Source of the DNA: Candidatus Eiseniibacteriota bacterium
GTDB lineage: Bacteria; Eisenbacteria; RBG-16-71-46; SZUA-252
NCBI GenBank assembly: GCA_031370645.1
Contig: JANMQV010000215.1
Span: 1-40,491, forward strand
Length of the DNA: 40,491 nucleotides
Direction of reading: 5' to 3'
Made by a program: the position numbers and the translations under genes. Each line of letters starts with the position of its first letter. Within the stretch, counting starts at the first letter, position 1. Positions 12,820 to 21,233 of this stretch are shown here, piece after piece. The notes under the pieces are model-generated. The model did not search any database. It was not told the DNA's origin and worked only from the letters and a program-made list of their open reading frames with translations.

Positions 12820-14136
12820 CTAGCGGATTCCCATGGGGAGCTTGCCGCGCATTCCGCCGAGGCGCTTCATCATTTGTTGGGCCTGCTCGAACTGCCGGAG
12901 CAGGCGGTTCACGTCCTGCACCGTGGTGCCGCTTCCGCGCGCGATGCGCCGGCGGCGGCTTCCATCGATGATCTGCGGACGTTCGCGCTCGAGGCGGGTC
13001 ATCGAAAGGATGATCGCCTCGGTGCGCTTCATGTCCCGGTCGTCCACCTTCGCGCCTGCCGGCAGGCGGACTCCGGGGAGCATCTTCACGATCTCCTCGA
13101 GCGGCCCCAGCTTCTTCATCTCCTGGAGCTGCTGGAGGAAGTCGACCAATGTGAATCGATCCTTCCGGAGCTTCTTCTCGAGATCGACGGCCTTCGTGAA
13201 GTCGAGCCGCTCCTGCGCGCGCTCCACGAGCGTGAGGATGTCCCCCATGCCGAGGATGCGCGAGGCGAGCCGGTCGGCGTGAAAGGGTTCGAGCCCGTCC
13301 ACTTTTTCGCTCACGCCCATGAAGCGGATCGGAGCGCCGGTCACCGCCTTCAGCGAAAGCGCAGCGCCTCCTCGCGCGTCGCCGTCCATCTTCGTCAGCA
13401 CGAACCCGCTCACCGGAAGTCGCGTGGTGAACGCCTGCGCGATCTGCACCGCGTCCTGCCCCGTCATGGCGTCCAGAACGAGGTAGGTCTCCGACGGCTC
13501 GAGCACCTTGTGGACGCGAGCCACCTCGTCCATGAGGCCGTCGTCCACGTGGAGCCGTCCCGCCGTGTCGGCGATCAGGAGATCGAAGCCTTCCCGATCG
13601 GCCCGCGTTCGCGCCGCCTTCGCCAGCGCCACCGGGTCCTTCGCCTCACGATCGACGTGAATCGGAACGCCGACGCTCCGCGCCAAGACCTCCAACTGAT
13701 CGATGGCCGCGGGGCGCTGCAGGTCGAGCGCCGCGAGAAGAACGCGCTTTCCTCGCCCCGCCCAGTGCTTCGCGAGTTTCGCCGCCGTGGTTGTCTTCCC
13801 GGAGCCCTGGAGCCCCGCGAGGAGAAGCACGGCCGCGCGGTTCGACGGAAACTGGAGTCCCGCCGTCGCCGATCCGCCGAGAAGTTTGACCAACTCCTCG
13901 TGAACGATCTTGACGATCTGATTTCCGGGCGAAACACTCTGCAAGATCTCGGCGCCGACCGCGCGCGCTTCGACCGATTTCAGGAAATCGCGCGCGACGT
14001 CGAGATTCACGTCGGCTTCAAGGAGCACGCGGCGAATCTCGCGCAGCGACTCCTTCACGTCCTGTTCGGAGAGCCGACCGCGGCCCACAAGCTTTTGGAA
14101 GACGCCGTGGAGGCGCTCGGTTAGGCTCTCAAACAA
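12820..14136 (-). CDS. ffh: Signal recognition particle protein Ffh
   Basis: [49 protein letters not shown]. Confidence 0.97.
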   Translation of the reverse strand: MFESLTERLHGVFQKLVGRGRLSEQDVKESLREIRRVLLEADVNLDVARDFLKSVEARAVGAEILQSVSPGNQIVKIVHEELVKLLGGSATAGLQFPSNRAAVLLLAGLQGSGKTTTAAKLAKHWAGRGKRVLLAALDLQRPAAIDQLEVLARSVGVPIHVDREAKDPVALAKAARTRADREGFDLLIADTAGRLHVDDGLMDEVARVHKVLEPSETYLVLDAMTGQDAVQIAQAFTTRLPVSGFVLTKMDGDARGGAALSLKAVTGAPIRFMGVSEKVDGLEPFHADRLASRILGMGDILTLVERAQERLDFTKAVDLEKKLRKDRFTLVDFLQQLQEMKKLGPLEEIVKMLPGVRLPAGAKVDDRDMKRTEAIILSMTRLERERPQIIDGSRRRRIARGSGTTVQDVNRLLRQFEQAQQMMKRLGGMRGKLPMGIR

Positions 14137-14188
14137 GGCTTCGGACCCCCCGACAGGCGTCTTGGAACTCGGTCGACATAAACGCAGT

Positions 14189-14218
14189 AGGCTAGCATCG
14201 GAACGGCACTTACGGCAA
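14189..14218 (-). promoter_or_regulatory. Putative sigma70 promoter of ffh operon
   Basis: TTGCCG-18 bp-TAGCCT with TGn extension, about 50 nt upstream of ffh. Confidence 0.5.
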
Positions 14219-14308
14219 CCCTCAAGTGGGGGCCGCCGGGGCGTCGGTGGAGAATCTTTGGCCGGTCTAAAAAAAGTGAAGCCGGATGGCGTCGGTCGTA
14301 CATTTCCG

Positions 14309-14337
14309 TTGACATGAACGACAGGTGAGAATAATTT
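14309..14337 (+). promoter_or_regulatory. Putative sigma70 promoter
   Basis: TTGACA-17 bp-TAATTT in an AT-rich patch of a GC-rich genome. Confidence 0.65.
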
Positions 14338-14341
14338 TAAC

Positions 14342-14470
14342 AGTCGAGCGGAGTTCCCTGCCGCCTCGTGCCCAATCCGCGGCCAAGACCTAGTCCCACA
14401 AGCCGGTCATTTCTTGCGGGGTTTTGAGTTGCGTACCACGTGGATGCGCGGGGAACTTCCTCCTAATTTT
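14342..14470 (+). ncRNA. Candidate structured RNA (sRNA or 5' leader), family not recognised
   Basis: Starts just after the promoter; 12-bp closing stem GGAGUUCCCUGC (14350-14361) with GCGGGGAACUUC (14448-14459) using two G-U pairs; nested inner pairings CGUG/CACG, CCGC/GCGG, GACC/GGUC. Confidence 0.45.
14367..14381 (+). repeat. 15-bp direct repeat CGTGCCCAATCCGCG, copy 1
   Basis: Exact match to 18456-18470. Confidence 0.85.
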
Positions 14471-14487
14471 GTCCCCACCCCCACTCC

Positions 14488-14952
14488 TTGAGACCGGCTA
14501 GGAGCATCGACCCACTGAAACGCGTGCTTCTTTTGGCGTGCCTCGCGCTCGTCGGCTGCAGTTCGGACGCGATCCACGGACGCCAGGCGTTTTTCCCCGG
14601 CTCGAGACTCACGTCGTGGGCGGCGTGCGACAAGTTCTCCGGCATCAGCGACAACATCGAGATCTGCGCGAGCACCGGCCTCCTCCCGGGAGCGTCGGCG
14701 CAGACTTACAACATTTCCTTCTCGCTGCCGAACGATGCGCATGTTCGGATCGCGGTCTTCGACAGTCACGCCGCGCTCGTGAGGCTGCTGTTCGACGACG
14801 ACGAGGCGGCGACGCTCCCCGGATTCTTCCGCCAGCCCCCCATCGCGTGGGATTTCACCGACGCGAACGGCGTCCGGGTTTCGCCGGGCGCCTATCGTTT
14901 GTATTTCAAGTCGGGGTCGACTCAATCGACCAGCGACGTGGAGGTACCGTGA
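14488..14952 (+). CDS. Lipoprotein with FlgD-like Ig domain
   Basis: KR-hydrophobic-LVGC lipobox; FSLP..AHVRIAVFD....LVRLL ... WDFTDANG.RV.PGAY pattern. Exact start uncertain (14488-14524). Confidence 0.75.
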   Translation: MRPARSIDPLKRVLLLACLALVGCSSDAIHGRQAFFPGSRLTSWAACDKFSGISDNIEICASTGLLPGASAQTYNISFSLPNDAHVRIAVFDSHAALVRLLFDDDEAATLPGFFRQPPIAWDFTDANGVRVSPGAYRLYFKSGSTQSTSDVEVP

Positions 14953-15632
14953 CCTCCGCTCCGCTCGCTCGTCGCTTCCTCCTGCTCCTCGCGTGCCTCG
15001 CGGCGGGAATCGTCGTCGTCTCGCGCCCGCTCGAGGCACGCGCGGAGGAGGGGGCCACGGGTGAGACTCCGGGCTCGGCTCAGCCCACGGCGCCCTCCGA
15101 TTCCGCGGCGATCGCGGCGGCCATGGCCGCTTCCGACTCGGCCCTCGCCGAGGCTCGCGCGCCAGGCCGGGTGGCCCGCGCCAATGCCGTTTCCCGCTTC
15201 GAATTCGGCGCCGCCATGCCGGAGGGATATTTCGATTGGCTCGCGACGGCGGGCTACCGTCATCGCCTTCTCACCGACGCGCGCTTCGAACATTGGCTCG
15301 AGGTGGACGCGATGTACGGGAAGAAGCGGTATCTGAGCGAAGGCTCCGCGGGTGTGGCGTGGTTCTTCCGCCCGCTCGCCCTCTGGCACCCCGAGTGGCG
15401 GTTCCGCCCGGTCGTCGAGGCCGGAGTGGGCGGCACCATCGTGGTTCAGTTCGCCGATATCGAGGGATTCAACGATTGGTCGTCGCATGCCCGCGCGTAC
15501 GTGAAGTCGCACGCCGTGGCGGGATTCGAAACCGAATTAACGGGGCGCTGGGGGATCGCCGTTCGTGGCCGCTTCACGGTCCCGGCGAGCCGGCCGCTCG
15601 ACTACGCCCAGGTCGTTCTCTTCCTCAGATAG
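14949..15632 (+). CDS. Exported hypothetical protein, possible small outer-membrane beta-barrel
   Basis: GTGA-coupled start with GGAGGT SD; signal peptide ending A-R-A; Ala/Pro linker; aromatic-rich amphipathic strand pattern. Confidence 0.65.
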   Translation: MTSAPLARRFLLLLACLAAGIVVVSRPLEARAEEGATGETPGSAQPTAPSDSAAIAAAMAASDSALAEARAPGRVARANAVSRFEFGAAMPEGYFDWLATAGYRHRLLTDARFEHWLEVDAMYGKKRYLSEGSAGVAWFFRPLALWHPEWRFRPVVEAGVGGTIVVQFADIEGFNDWSSHARAYVKSHAVAGFETELTGRWGIAVRGRFTVPASRPLDYAQVVLFLR

Positions 15633-18403
15633 TCTCCGGTCGCCGAGTTCTTCTCCCGCGCTACTTCGGCGGGAGTTCCCGCGGCCACCAGCCTCCCGCC
15701 CGCAGCGCCGCCGTCCGGCCCCAGCTCCACCAGCCAGTCGCACGACGCTAGGAAGTCGAGGTTGTGCTCGACGGCGATCACCGTTCCGCCCCGTCGCGTC
15801 AGTTCGTGCAGCACGCGGAGGAGCACCGCGACGTCGCGCCGGTGAAGACCGACCGTCGGCTCGTCGAGAATGTAGAGCGTGTCGGGCGCGCTTCGCTCCG
15901 CGAGTTCGCGGGCCAGCTTCAGCCGCTGCGTCTCCCCTCCGCTCAGCGTGGTGAGCGGCTGGCCGAGCCGCAAGTAGCCGAGCCCGACCCGCTCCAAGAC
16001 CCAGAGCGGCTCCTGGATTTCGGGCTCACCGCCGAAGACGCGGATCGCCTCCTCGATCGTCTTCCCGAGAAGTTCGTCCATGGAGAGGCCGTGGACGCGA
16101 ACCTCGAGGACCTCGGGGCGGTAGCGCTTCCCGCCGCACGCCTCGCACGGAATCGAGAGGTCGGCCAGGAAGTACATCTCGACCTTCGTGACGCCGGCCC
16201 CCTCGCAGACGTCGCAACGCCCGCCGGCCACGTTGAAGGAGAACGTGCCGGGCGTGTACTTCCGTTCCCGGGCGAGCGGAGCGCGCGCCCACCGCTCCCG
16301 GATCCGGTCGAACGCTTTCACGAAGGTGGCGGGGTTCGACCGCTGCGTTCTTCCGACCGGGCTCTGATCGACGAGCGCGATTCGGGAGGCGCCCTCGAGG
16401 CCGGTCACCTCGTCGTGCGCGCCCGGCACCGGCGCCTCTTCCCCCGCCGCGCGGGCGGCTGCCCGATAGAGAACGTCCTCGACGAGCGTCGACTTCCCCG
16501 ATCCCGATACGCCGCAGACACCGGTCAACGCGCCGATCGGAAAGCGCGCCGTGACGTTTTTCAGATTGTGCTCACGGGCGCCGCGCACCTCGATCCATCC
16601 GGCCGCCCGTTTCGGATCCGGGAGACGGAAGCGCGAGTCTCGCGCCGGGAATTCGACCGACACGCGTCTCCCCGGCCATGTCTCGATCGGCCCTTCGTGG
16701 AGGAGTTCCCCCCCGCGCTCCCCGGCCCCGGGGCCGAGCTCGATGATCCATTCCGCCGCGTCGATCACGTCGGGGTCGTGCTCCACCACGAGGAGCGTGT
16801 TCCCCCGTTCGCGGAGGCGGAGCAGGACGCGGATCAACCGGTCGGTGTCGCGCGGATGGAGCCCGACCGTCGGCTCGTCGAGCACGTAGAGCGTGTGGCT
16901 CAGGCTTCCGCCGAGCGCGTTCGCCAGTTCGATCCGCTGCGCTTCCCCTCCGGAGAGCGACTTCGACTGTCGGTCGAGCGTCAGGTAGTCGAGGCCCGTC
17001 TCGCCGAGGTAGTCGAGCCGTCCGCGAAGTTCGGCGACGATCGGTGCCGCGACTTCGGTCCGGACAGGATCGAGGTCGAGCGCGACAACGAAGGCGCGAA
17101 GTTCCCCGACGGTCATTGCCGCAAGATCGGCGACGTTCTTCCCTCCCACGTAGACCTCCAGCGCCTCCGGCTTGAGCCGGATGCCGCGACAGGCGCCGCA
17201 GATCACCTGCTCCTGATAGCGCTTCACGAGGAATCGCGCGCTCAGTTTGTAGGCCTTCTCCTTCTGGCGCTCGAGGAAGGGGAATACGCCGCGGAACCCG
17301 GGCGCGCCATGGAGGAGGATTTCCTGATGCTCCGGCTTGAGCGCCTTGAAGGGGCGGTCGAGAGGAATGCCGTGCTTATCGGCGACGGCTTTCAGTTTCG
17401 GAAGGAAGTGCGCCCTCCAGGAGTTCGCCCATGGATCGAGAGCGCCGTTATTGACGCTCTTCTCCGGATGGGGAACGACTCGCTCGCGCGTGAACGTGAG
17501 GACGTTTCCGAAACCGCGGCACTCGGGGCAGGCGCCGTAAGGGCTGTTGAAGGAGAAGAGCTGGGGGCGCGGCTCCGGAAACGTCCGCCCGCACCCTTCG
17601 CAGACGCGACCGTCGGCGTAGGTCGCGCGTTCGCCCGACGCGCGTTCCACCGTGACGCGGCCGTCCCCTTCCCGCCACGCGTGCTCCAGCGCTTCGCGAA
17701 GCCGCATCCGCTGCTCGGGCGAGGGGCGGAGCCGATCGACGAGAATCTCGATCGGGGCGCGGAGTTTCGGCGGCGGCGGTTCGTCGAGGCGAAGCCAGCC
17801 GTCGGTGCCGCGAGCGCGAGCGCGGAGAAATCCACGCGAAAGGGCACGCGCCCAGAGCGCCGCCGGCGATTCCCCGGGCCGCGCGGCGAAGACGATCCAA
17901 ACGGAGACTTCCTCGCCGCCCGTCCGGAGCACCGCTTCCAGGACGGAATCGAGGCTGTGCCGCGGGACCGCGTGGCCGCACCGGCCGCAGCGCGTCTCGC
18001 CCACGCGCGCGAGGAGGAGGCGGAGGTAGTCGGCGAGCTCCGTCACCGTTCCGACCGTGGAGCGTCCCGTCTGCGCGGCCGCTCCCTGGCGAATGGCGAT
18101 CGCCGGGGCGAGCCCTTCGAGGAGGTCGTAGTCGGGGCGCGGCAAGCGATCGAGGAACTGCTTCGCGTAGGTGGAGACGCACTCCACGTAGCGCCGCTGT
18201 CCCTCGGCGTAGATCGTGTCGAAGGCGAGCGACGACTTCCCCGATCCGCTCACCCCGGTCACCACCGTCAGGGCGGCGCGCGGGAAGGAGACGTCGATAT
18301 TTCGGAGATTGTTCTGGCGGGCGCCCTGGACACGGACGCGCGGCTTTAGCGCGATGGCGGCCAGATCGGCGGAGGCGTCGGGAGGCGGAGAGCGGTCGGG
18401 CAC
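15602..18403 (-). CDS. uvrA: Excinuclease ABC subunit A (divergent, possibly second paralog)
   Basis: Two GVSGSGKS Walker A motifs, [13 protein letters not shown] twice, LDEPTVGLH twice, CxxC zinc modules. Confidence 0.93.
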   Translation of the reverse strand: MPDRSPPPDASADLAAIALKPRVRVQGARQNNLRNIDVSFPRAALTVVTGVSGSGKSSLAFDTIYAEGQRRYVECVSTYAKQFLDRLPRPDYDLLEGLAPAIAIRQGAAAQTGRSTVGTVTELADYLRLLLARVGETRCGRCGHAVPRHSLDSVLEAVLRTGGEEVSVWIVFAARPGESPAALWARALSRGFLRARARGTDGWLRLDEPPPPKLRAPIEILVDRLRPSPEQRMRLREALEHAWREGDGRVTVERASGERATYADGRVCEGCGRTFPEPRPQLFSFNSPYGACPECRGFGNVLTFTRERVVPHPEKSVNNGALDPWANSWRAHFLPKLKAVADKHGIPLDRPFKALKPEHQEILLHGAPGFRGVFPFLERQKEKAYKLSARFLVKRYQEQVICGACRGIRLKPEALEVYVGGKNVADLAAMTVGELRAFVVALDLDPVRTEVAAPIVAELRGRLDYLGETGLDYLTLDRQSKSLSGGEAQRIELANALGGSLSHTLYVLDEPTVGLHPRDTDRLIRVLLRLRERGNTLLVVEHDPDVIDAAEWIIELGPGAGERGGELLHEGPIETWPGRRVSVEFPARDSRFRLPDPKRAAGWIEVRGAREHNLKNVTARFPIGALTGVCGVSGSGKSTLVEDVLYRAAARAAGEEAPVPGAHDEVTGLEGASRIALVDQSPVGRTQRSNPATFVKAFDRIRERWARAPLARERKYTPGTFSFNVAGGRCDVCEGAGVTKVEMYFLADLSIPCEACGGKRYRPEVLEVRVHGLSMDELLGKTIEEAIRVFGGEPEIQEPLWVLERVGLGYLRLGQPLTTLSGGETQRLKLARELAERSAPDTLYILDEPTVGLHRRDVAVLLRVLHELTRRGGTVIAVEHNLDFLASCDWLVELGPDGGAAGGRLVAAGTPAEVAREKNSATGDYLRKRTTWA

Positions 18404-18409
18404 GCGCCC

Positions 18410-18415
18410 ATCATA
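18410..18415 (-). promoter_or_regulatory. Putative -10 element for leaderless uvrA
   Basis: TATGAT followed by 6 nt and the GTG at 18403; no SD; no convincing -35. Confidence 0.45.
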
Positions 18416-18419
18416 ACGC

Positions 18420-18449
18420 GAGGCCGCCCGGCATGCACCGGGCGGCCTC
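18420..18449 (-). terminator. Perfect 12-bp GC hairpin downstream of the micropeptide ORF
   Basis: GAGGCCGCCCGG-N6-CCGGGCGGCCTC; U-tract weak, so may be a stabilising stem rather than an intrinsic terminator. Confidence 0.6.
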
Positions 18450-18455
18450 TGAGGA

Positions 18456-18470
18456 CGTGCCCAATCCGCG
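18456..18470 (+). repeat. 15-bp direct repeat CGTGCCCAATCCGCG, copy 2
   Basis: Exact match to 14367-14381; 5 nt past the micropeptide stop codon. Confidence 0.85.
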
Positions 18471-18475
18471 TTAAA

Positions 18476-18526
18476 CTACTTCTTCTTAGCAGCCTTCTTC
18501 TTAGCAGCCTTCTTCTTCGCCGGCAT
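18476..18526 (-). CDS. 16-aa lysine-rich micropeptide [16 protein letters not shown]
   Basis: Below ORF-track cutoff. GGGGAGGTG SD 6 nt before ATG; ATG CCG GCG AAG AAG AAG (GCT GCT AAG AAG AAG)x2 TAG; followed by hairpin. Confidence 0.7.
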   Translation of the reverse strand: MPAKKKAAKKKAAKKK

Positions 18527-18562
18527 GTACGTCACCTCCCCTCGCGTTGATTTGTTCGCCGT

Positions 18563-18946
18563 TCAGCCCGCGGCATTGCCCCCGGGCCCAATCAGCCCCA
18601 CCACCTCATCCACCATCACCGTGAGATCGAACGGCTTTCTGAGGTATCGATCGACCTTCAGTCGCTTCGCTTCCGTCTTCACGTCGGGCGTCTCGTAGGC
18701 CGTCATGAGAATCAGTTTCGACGGCACCGCCTGCTCGCGCAGGCGCCTGATCATTCCGATTCCGCTCTCCCCCGGGAGGCGGTTGTCGAGGACGATCAGA
18801 TCGAACGAGGGACTCGCGAACGCTCGCCGATCCGCATCTTCCGCGGATCCGGCCGTCGCGATCCGATAACCCGACTCACGAAGGACGTTGGAGAGTGTGC
18901 GAACGAGCAACTGCTCGTCGTCCACGATGAGGACCGACTTCGACAA
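18563..18946 (-). CDS. Single-domain response regulator (receiver only)
   Basis: VLIVDDE, DLIVLDNRLPGESG, ILMTAY, YLRKPF; TTG start with GGAGGAGG SD. Confidence 0.9.
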   Translation of the reverse strand: MSKSVLIVDDEQLLVRTLSNVLRESGYRIATAGSAEDADRRAFASPSFDLIVLDNRLPGESGIGMIRRLREQAVPSKLILMTAYETPDVKTEAKRLKVDRYLRKPFDLTVMVDEVVGLIGPGGNAAG

Positions 18947-18992
18947 TCCACACCTCCTCCATGCGTCGCCGTGATCATCGCTAGATGTAGAA

Positions 18993-19009
18993 AGCAGGAA
19001 CGGTGCCAA
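18993..19009 (-). promoter_or_regulatory. sigma54 (-24/-12) promoter
   Basis: TTGGCACCGTTCCTGCT: GG and GC separated by exactly 10 nt; about 46 nt upstream of the receiver gene. Confidence 0.8.
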
Positions 19010-19133
19010 CTCGCGCGTCTCTCGTCACAAGCGAGCACGCGGATCGCGCATCGTCTCGTAACGATGCGAAGTTAGGACGCATCGTTCATGCGGCTCCTTC
19101 ATGCGGTCGCGCGAACGCGCCGCGCGCGCGAAG

Positions 19134-19228
19134 TGTCAGGAGATTGGACAGCGCGGATCGATCGCGCGCGTTTCTCGCAGGTGAATGCGCGATGTGTGAA
19201 GAAACGCGACATGTCGAGAAAGACAACA
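19134..19228. promoter_or_regulatory. Putative enhancer (UAS) boxes for a sigma54 activator
   Basis: Three TGT-N11-ACA 17-mers: 19134-19150 TGTCAGGAGATTGGACA, 19195-19211 TGTGAAGAAACGCGACA, 19212-19228 TGTCGAGAAAGACAACA. Confidence 0.55.
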
Positions 19229-19277
19229 GCCGATTCGGACGACTTCGATACGCGGCGATTGGTTACAATCGCTCCTC

Positions 19278-21230
19278 ATGATCGGAACGCGACTCGCTCA
19301 CTACCTGCTTCAAGAAGAGATTGGCGCCGGCGGAATGGGCGTCGTCTATCGCGCGCGCGACGAGCGACTCGAGCGCGACGTCGCGGTGAAGGTGCTCCCG
19401 CCCGGCATCCTCGACGAAACCGCGCGGGCGCGGTTCCGCCGCGAAGCGATGGCACTCTCGAGACTGAATCATCCCCACATCGGCATGATCCACGACTTTG
19501 GGAGCGATCAAGGCACCGACTTCCTCGTGATGGAGCTCGTGCGCGGTCGCACGCTCCGCGAGCGGCTTCGCGAAGGACCGCTTTCGCTGGAGGAAGCGGT
19601 GGAGACGGCGATCGCCGTGGCCGAAGCGCTCGAGGAGGCACACGAGCAGGGCGTGATTCATCGCGACCTGAAGCCGGAGAACATCCTCCTCACGACGAAG
19701 GGCTGGGTAAAGGTGCTCGACTTCGGGCTCGCGTCGCTACGGCCGGCGTCGGGCGCCACCGTGACCACGCAAACTCTGACGGCGGCGCATCTCCTGACCG
19801 GCACGCTCCCCTACATGGCGCCCGAGCAACTCCTCGGAAAGCCGGCGGAGGCGCGGACCGACCTCTACGCGCTCGGCGTCCTGATGTACGAGTTGGCGAC
19901 GGGGACACGGCCGTTCGAGGCGGACGTGCAGGCGGCGCTCATCGGCGAGATCCTCCACAAGACGGCGGCCGCGCCGTCGTCGCGAAGGACGGGGATCCCG
20001 ATTTGGTTCGACGGCATCGTGGCGCGATGTCTCGAGAAGGAAACGGTCCTTAGGTTCGAAGACGCCGCGTCCTTGAAGCAGGCGTTGAAGGATGGGGTGC
20101 GCGGGGGGCCGGGTCCTTCCGCGCCGGTTTGGACTGCCTCCGCGGAAGCGGGCGCCGGCGCGGCCGGGTCGGGCCCGCCTTCCTCCTCCGCGAGTGTCGG
20201 CTTCGCCACGCCACCGGCCGTGCCGGCGACGCCCATCTCCGGCTTCTCCGCCGGCGCGGCGAGCCAGCAGGTGAATCCGGAGGCGTACGACGCGGTCATC
20301 CGGGGACGCCAGATCATCGGCCGCCGAACCGATGAGAGCATGCGGCGCGGCATCGAGTACATCCGCCGCGCTATCGAGATCGATCCGCTCTACCCGCCGG
20401 CGTACGCCGCGTTGGCGACCGCGTACGACCTGATGGGATTCTTCGGCATGGCGGCGCCGGCCGACTGCTTCCCTCGCGCACGGGTCGCCGCCTCGCGCGC
20501 CATCGATCTCGACTCGAAGTGGGCGCCCGCCTACTCGGCGCTGGCGTACGTCGCCCTCTACTATGAGTGGGACCTCCGGAAGTCGGAGGAGCTCTTCCGG
20601 AAGTGCATCGAGCTCGACCCGCAATACCCCATCGGGCCGCTCTGGTACGCCAACCTCCTCCTCTTCGAGCGCCGATTCGAGGAAGCGGCCCAGACCATCA
20701 ACCGCGCGCAGGCGCTCGACCCGCTCTCCTCCATCGTCACGATGAGCCACGGCTGGACCGCCATGTTTCAAGGGAAGTACGAGTGGGCCCTGCGGGAGTA
20801 CTCGAAGGCGACGGACTTTGATCCGGACTTCCACGTCGCCCACTGGATGGCCTCGTGGTGCCTCACGGCGCTCGGGCGGCACGATGAGGCGGTGGCCTCC
20901 GTCACGAGGGCGATCGAGACCTCGAAGGGACTCCTCATCTGCTACCCCACCTTGGCGCGAGCGCACGCGCTGGCCGGAAGAAAGGACGAGGCGCGCCGGG
21001 TGTTGGCGGAGCTGGAGGCGAAATCGCCCGCCCGGTACGTGGAGCCGCTGGAAGTGGCTCTGGGGTACGAGGCGTTGGGCGAGCGTGATATCGCGTTTAC
21101 GTGGTTCGACCGCGCGGTGGAAGCGAGATCGCGCTGGCTGGTGGCGCTGGGGGTGGATCCGCGGTTCGATTCGCTTCGTGAGGATCCCAGGTTCGGCGCG
21201 TTGAAGAAGAAGGTGGGCGTCTTCGAGTAG
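19278..21230 (+). CDS. Hanks-type Ser/Thr protein kinase with C-terminal TPR repeats
   Basis: GAGGMGVVY, VAVK, HRDLKPEN, DFGLA, GTLPYMAPE; TPR-like C-terminus ending DPRFDSLREDPRF; TACAAT 8 nt before ATG. Confidence 0.94.
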   Translation: MIGTRLAHYLLQEEIGAGGMGVVYRARDERLERDVAVKVLPPGILDETARARFRREAMALSRLNHPHIGMIHDFGSDQGTDFLVMELVRGRTLRERLREGPLSLEEAVETAIAVAEALEEAHEQGVIHRDLKPENILLTTKGWVKVLDFGLASLRPASGATVTTQTLTAAHLLTGTLPYMAPEQLLGKPAEARTDLYALGVLMYELATGTRPFEADVQAALIGEILHKTAAAPSSRRTGIPIWFDGIVARCLEKETVLRFEDAASLKQALKDGVRGGPGPSAPVWTASAEAGAGAAGSGPPSSSASVGFATPPAVPATPISGFSAGAASQQVNPEAYDAVIRGRQIIGRRTDESMRRGIEYIRRAIEIDPLYPPAYAALATAYDLMGFFGMAAPADCFPRARVAASRAIDLDSKWAPAYSALAYVALYYEWDLRKSEELFRKCIELDPQYPIGPLWYANLLLFERRFEEAAQTINRAQALDPLSSIVTMSHGWTAMFQGKYEWALREYSKATDFDPDFHVAHWMASWCLTALGRHDEAVASVTRAIETSKGLLICYPTLARAHALAGRKDEARRVLAELEAKSPARYVEPLEVALGYEALGERDIAFTWFDRAVEARSRWLVALGVDPRFDSLREDPRFGALKKKVGVFE

Positions 21231-21233
21231 CCG

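Noticed and set aside
14407-14439. Minus-strand mini-ORF MVRNSKPRKK after an AGGAGG
   Set aside because: SD-to-GTG spacing is about 19 nt, and G-U pairs plus the promoter favour a + strand RNA here.
14137-14487. SRP RNA next to ffh
   Set aside because: No domain IV motif (CAGG..GNRA..AGCAG) found on either strand.
14382-18455. Mobile element bounded by the 15-bp repeats
   Set aside because: No integrase, transposase or tRNA target and no evident compositional shift; retained only as an alternative explanation in findings.
18479-18517. CTTCTTCTTAGCAGC tandem repeat as non-coding satellite or CRISPR
   Set aside because: No spacers or cas genes; better explained as the coding sequence of the Lys/Ala peptide.
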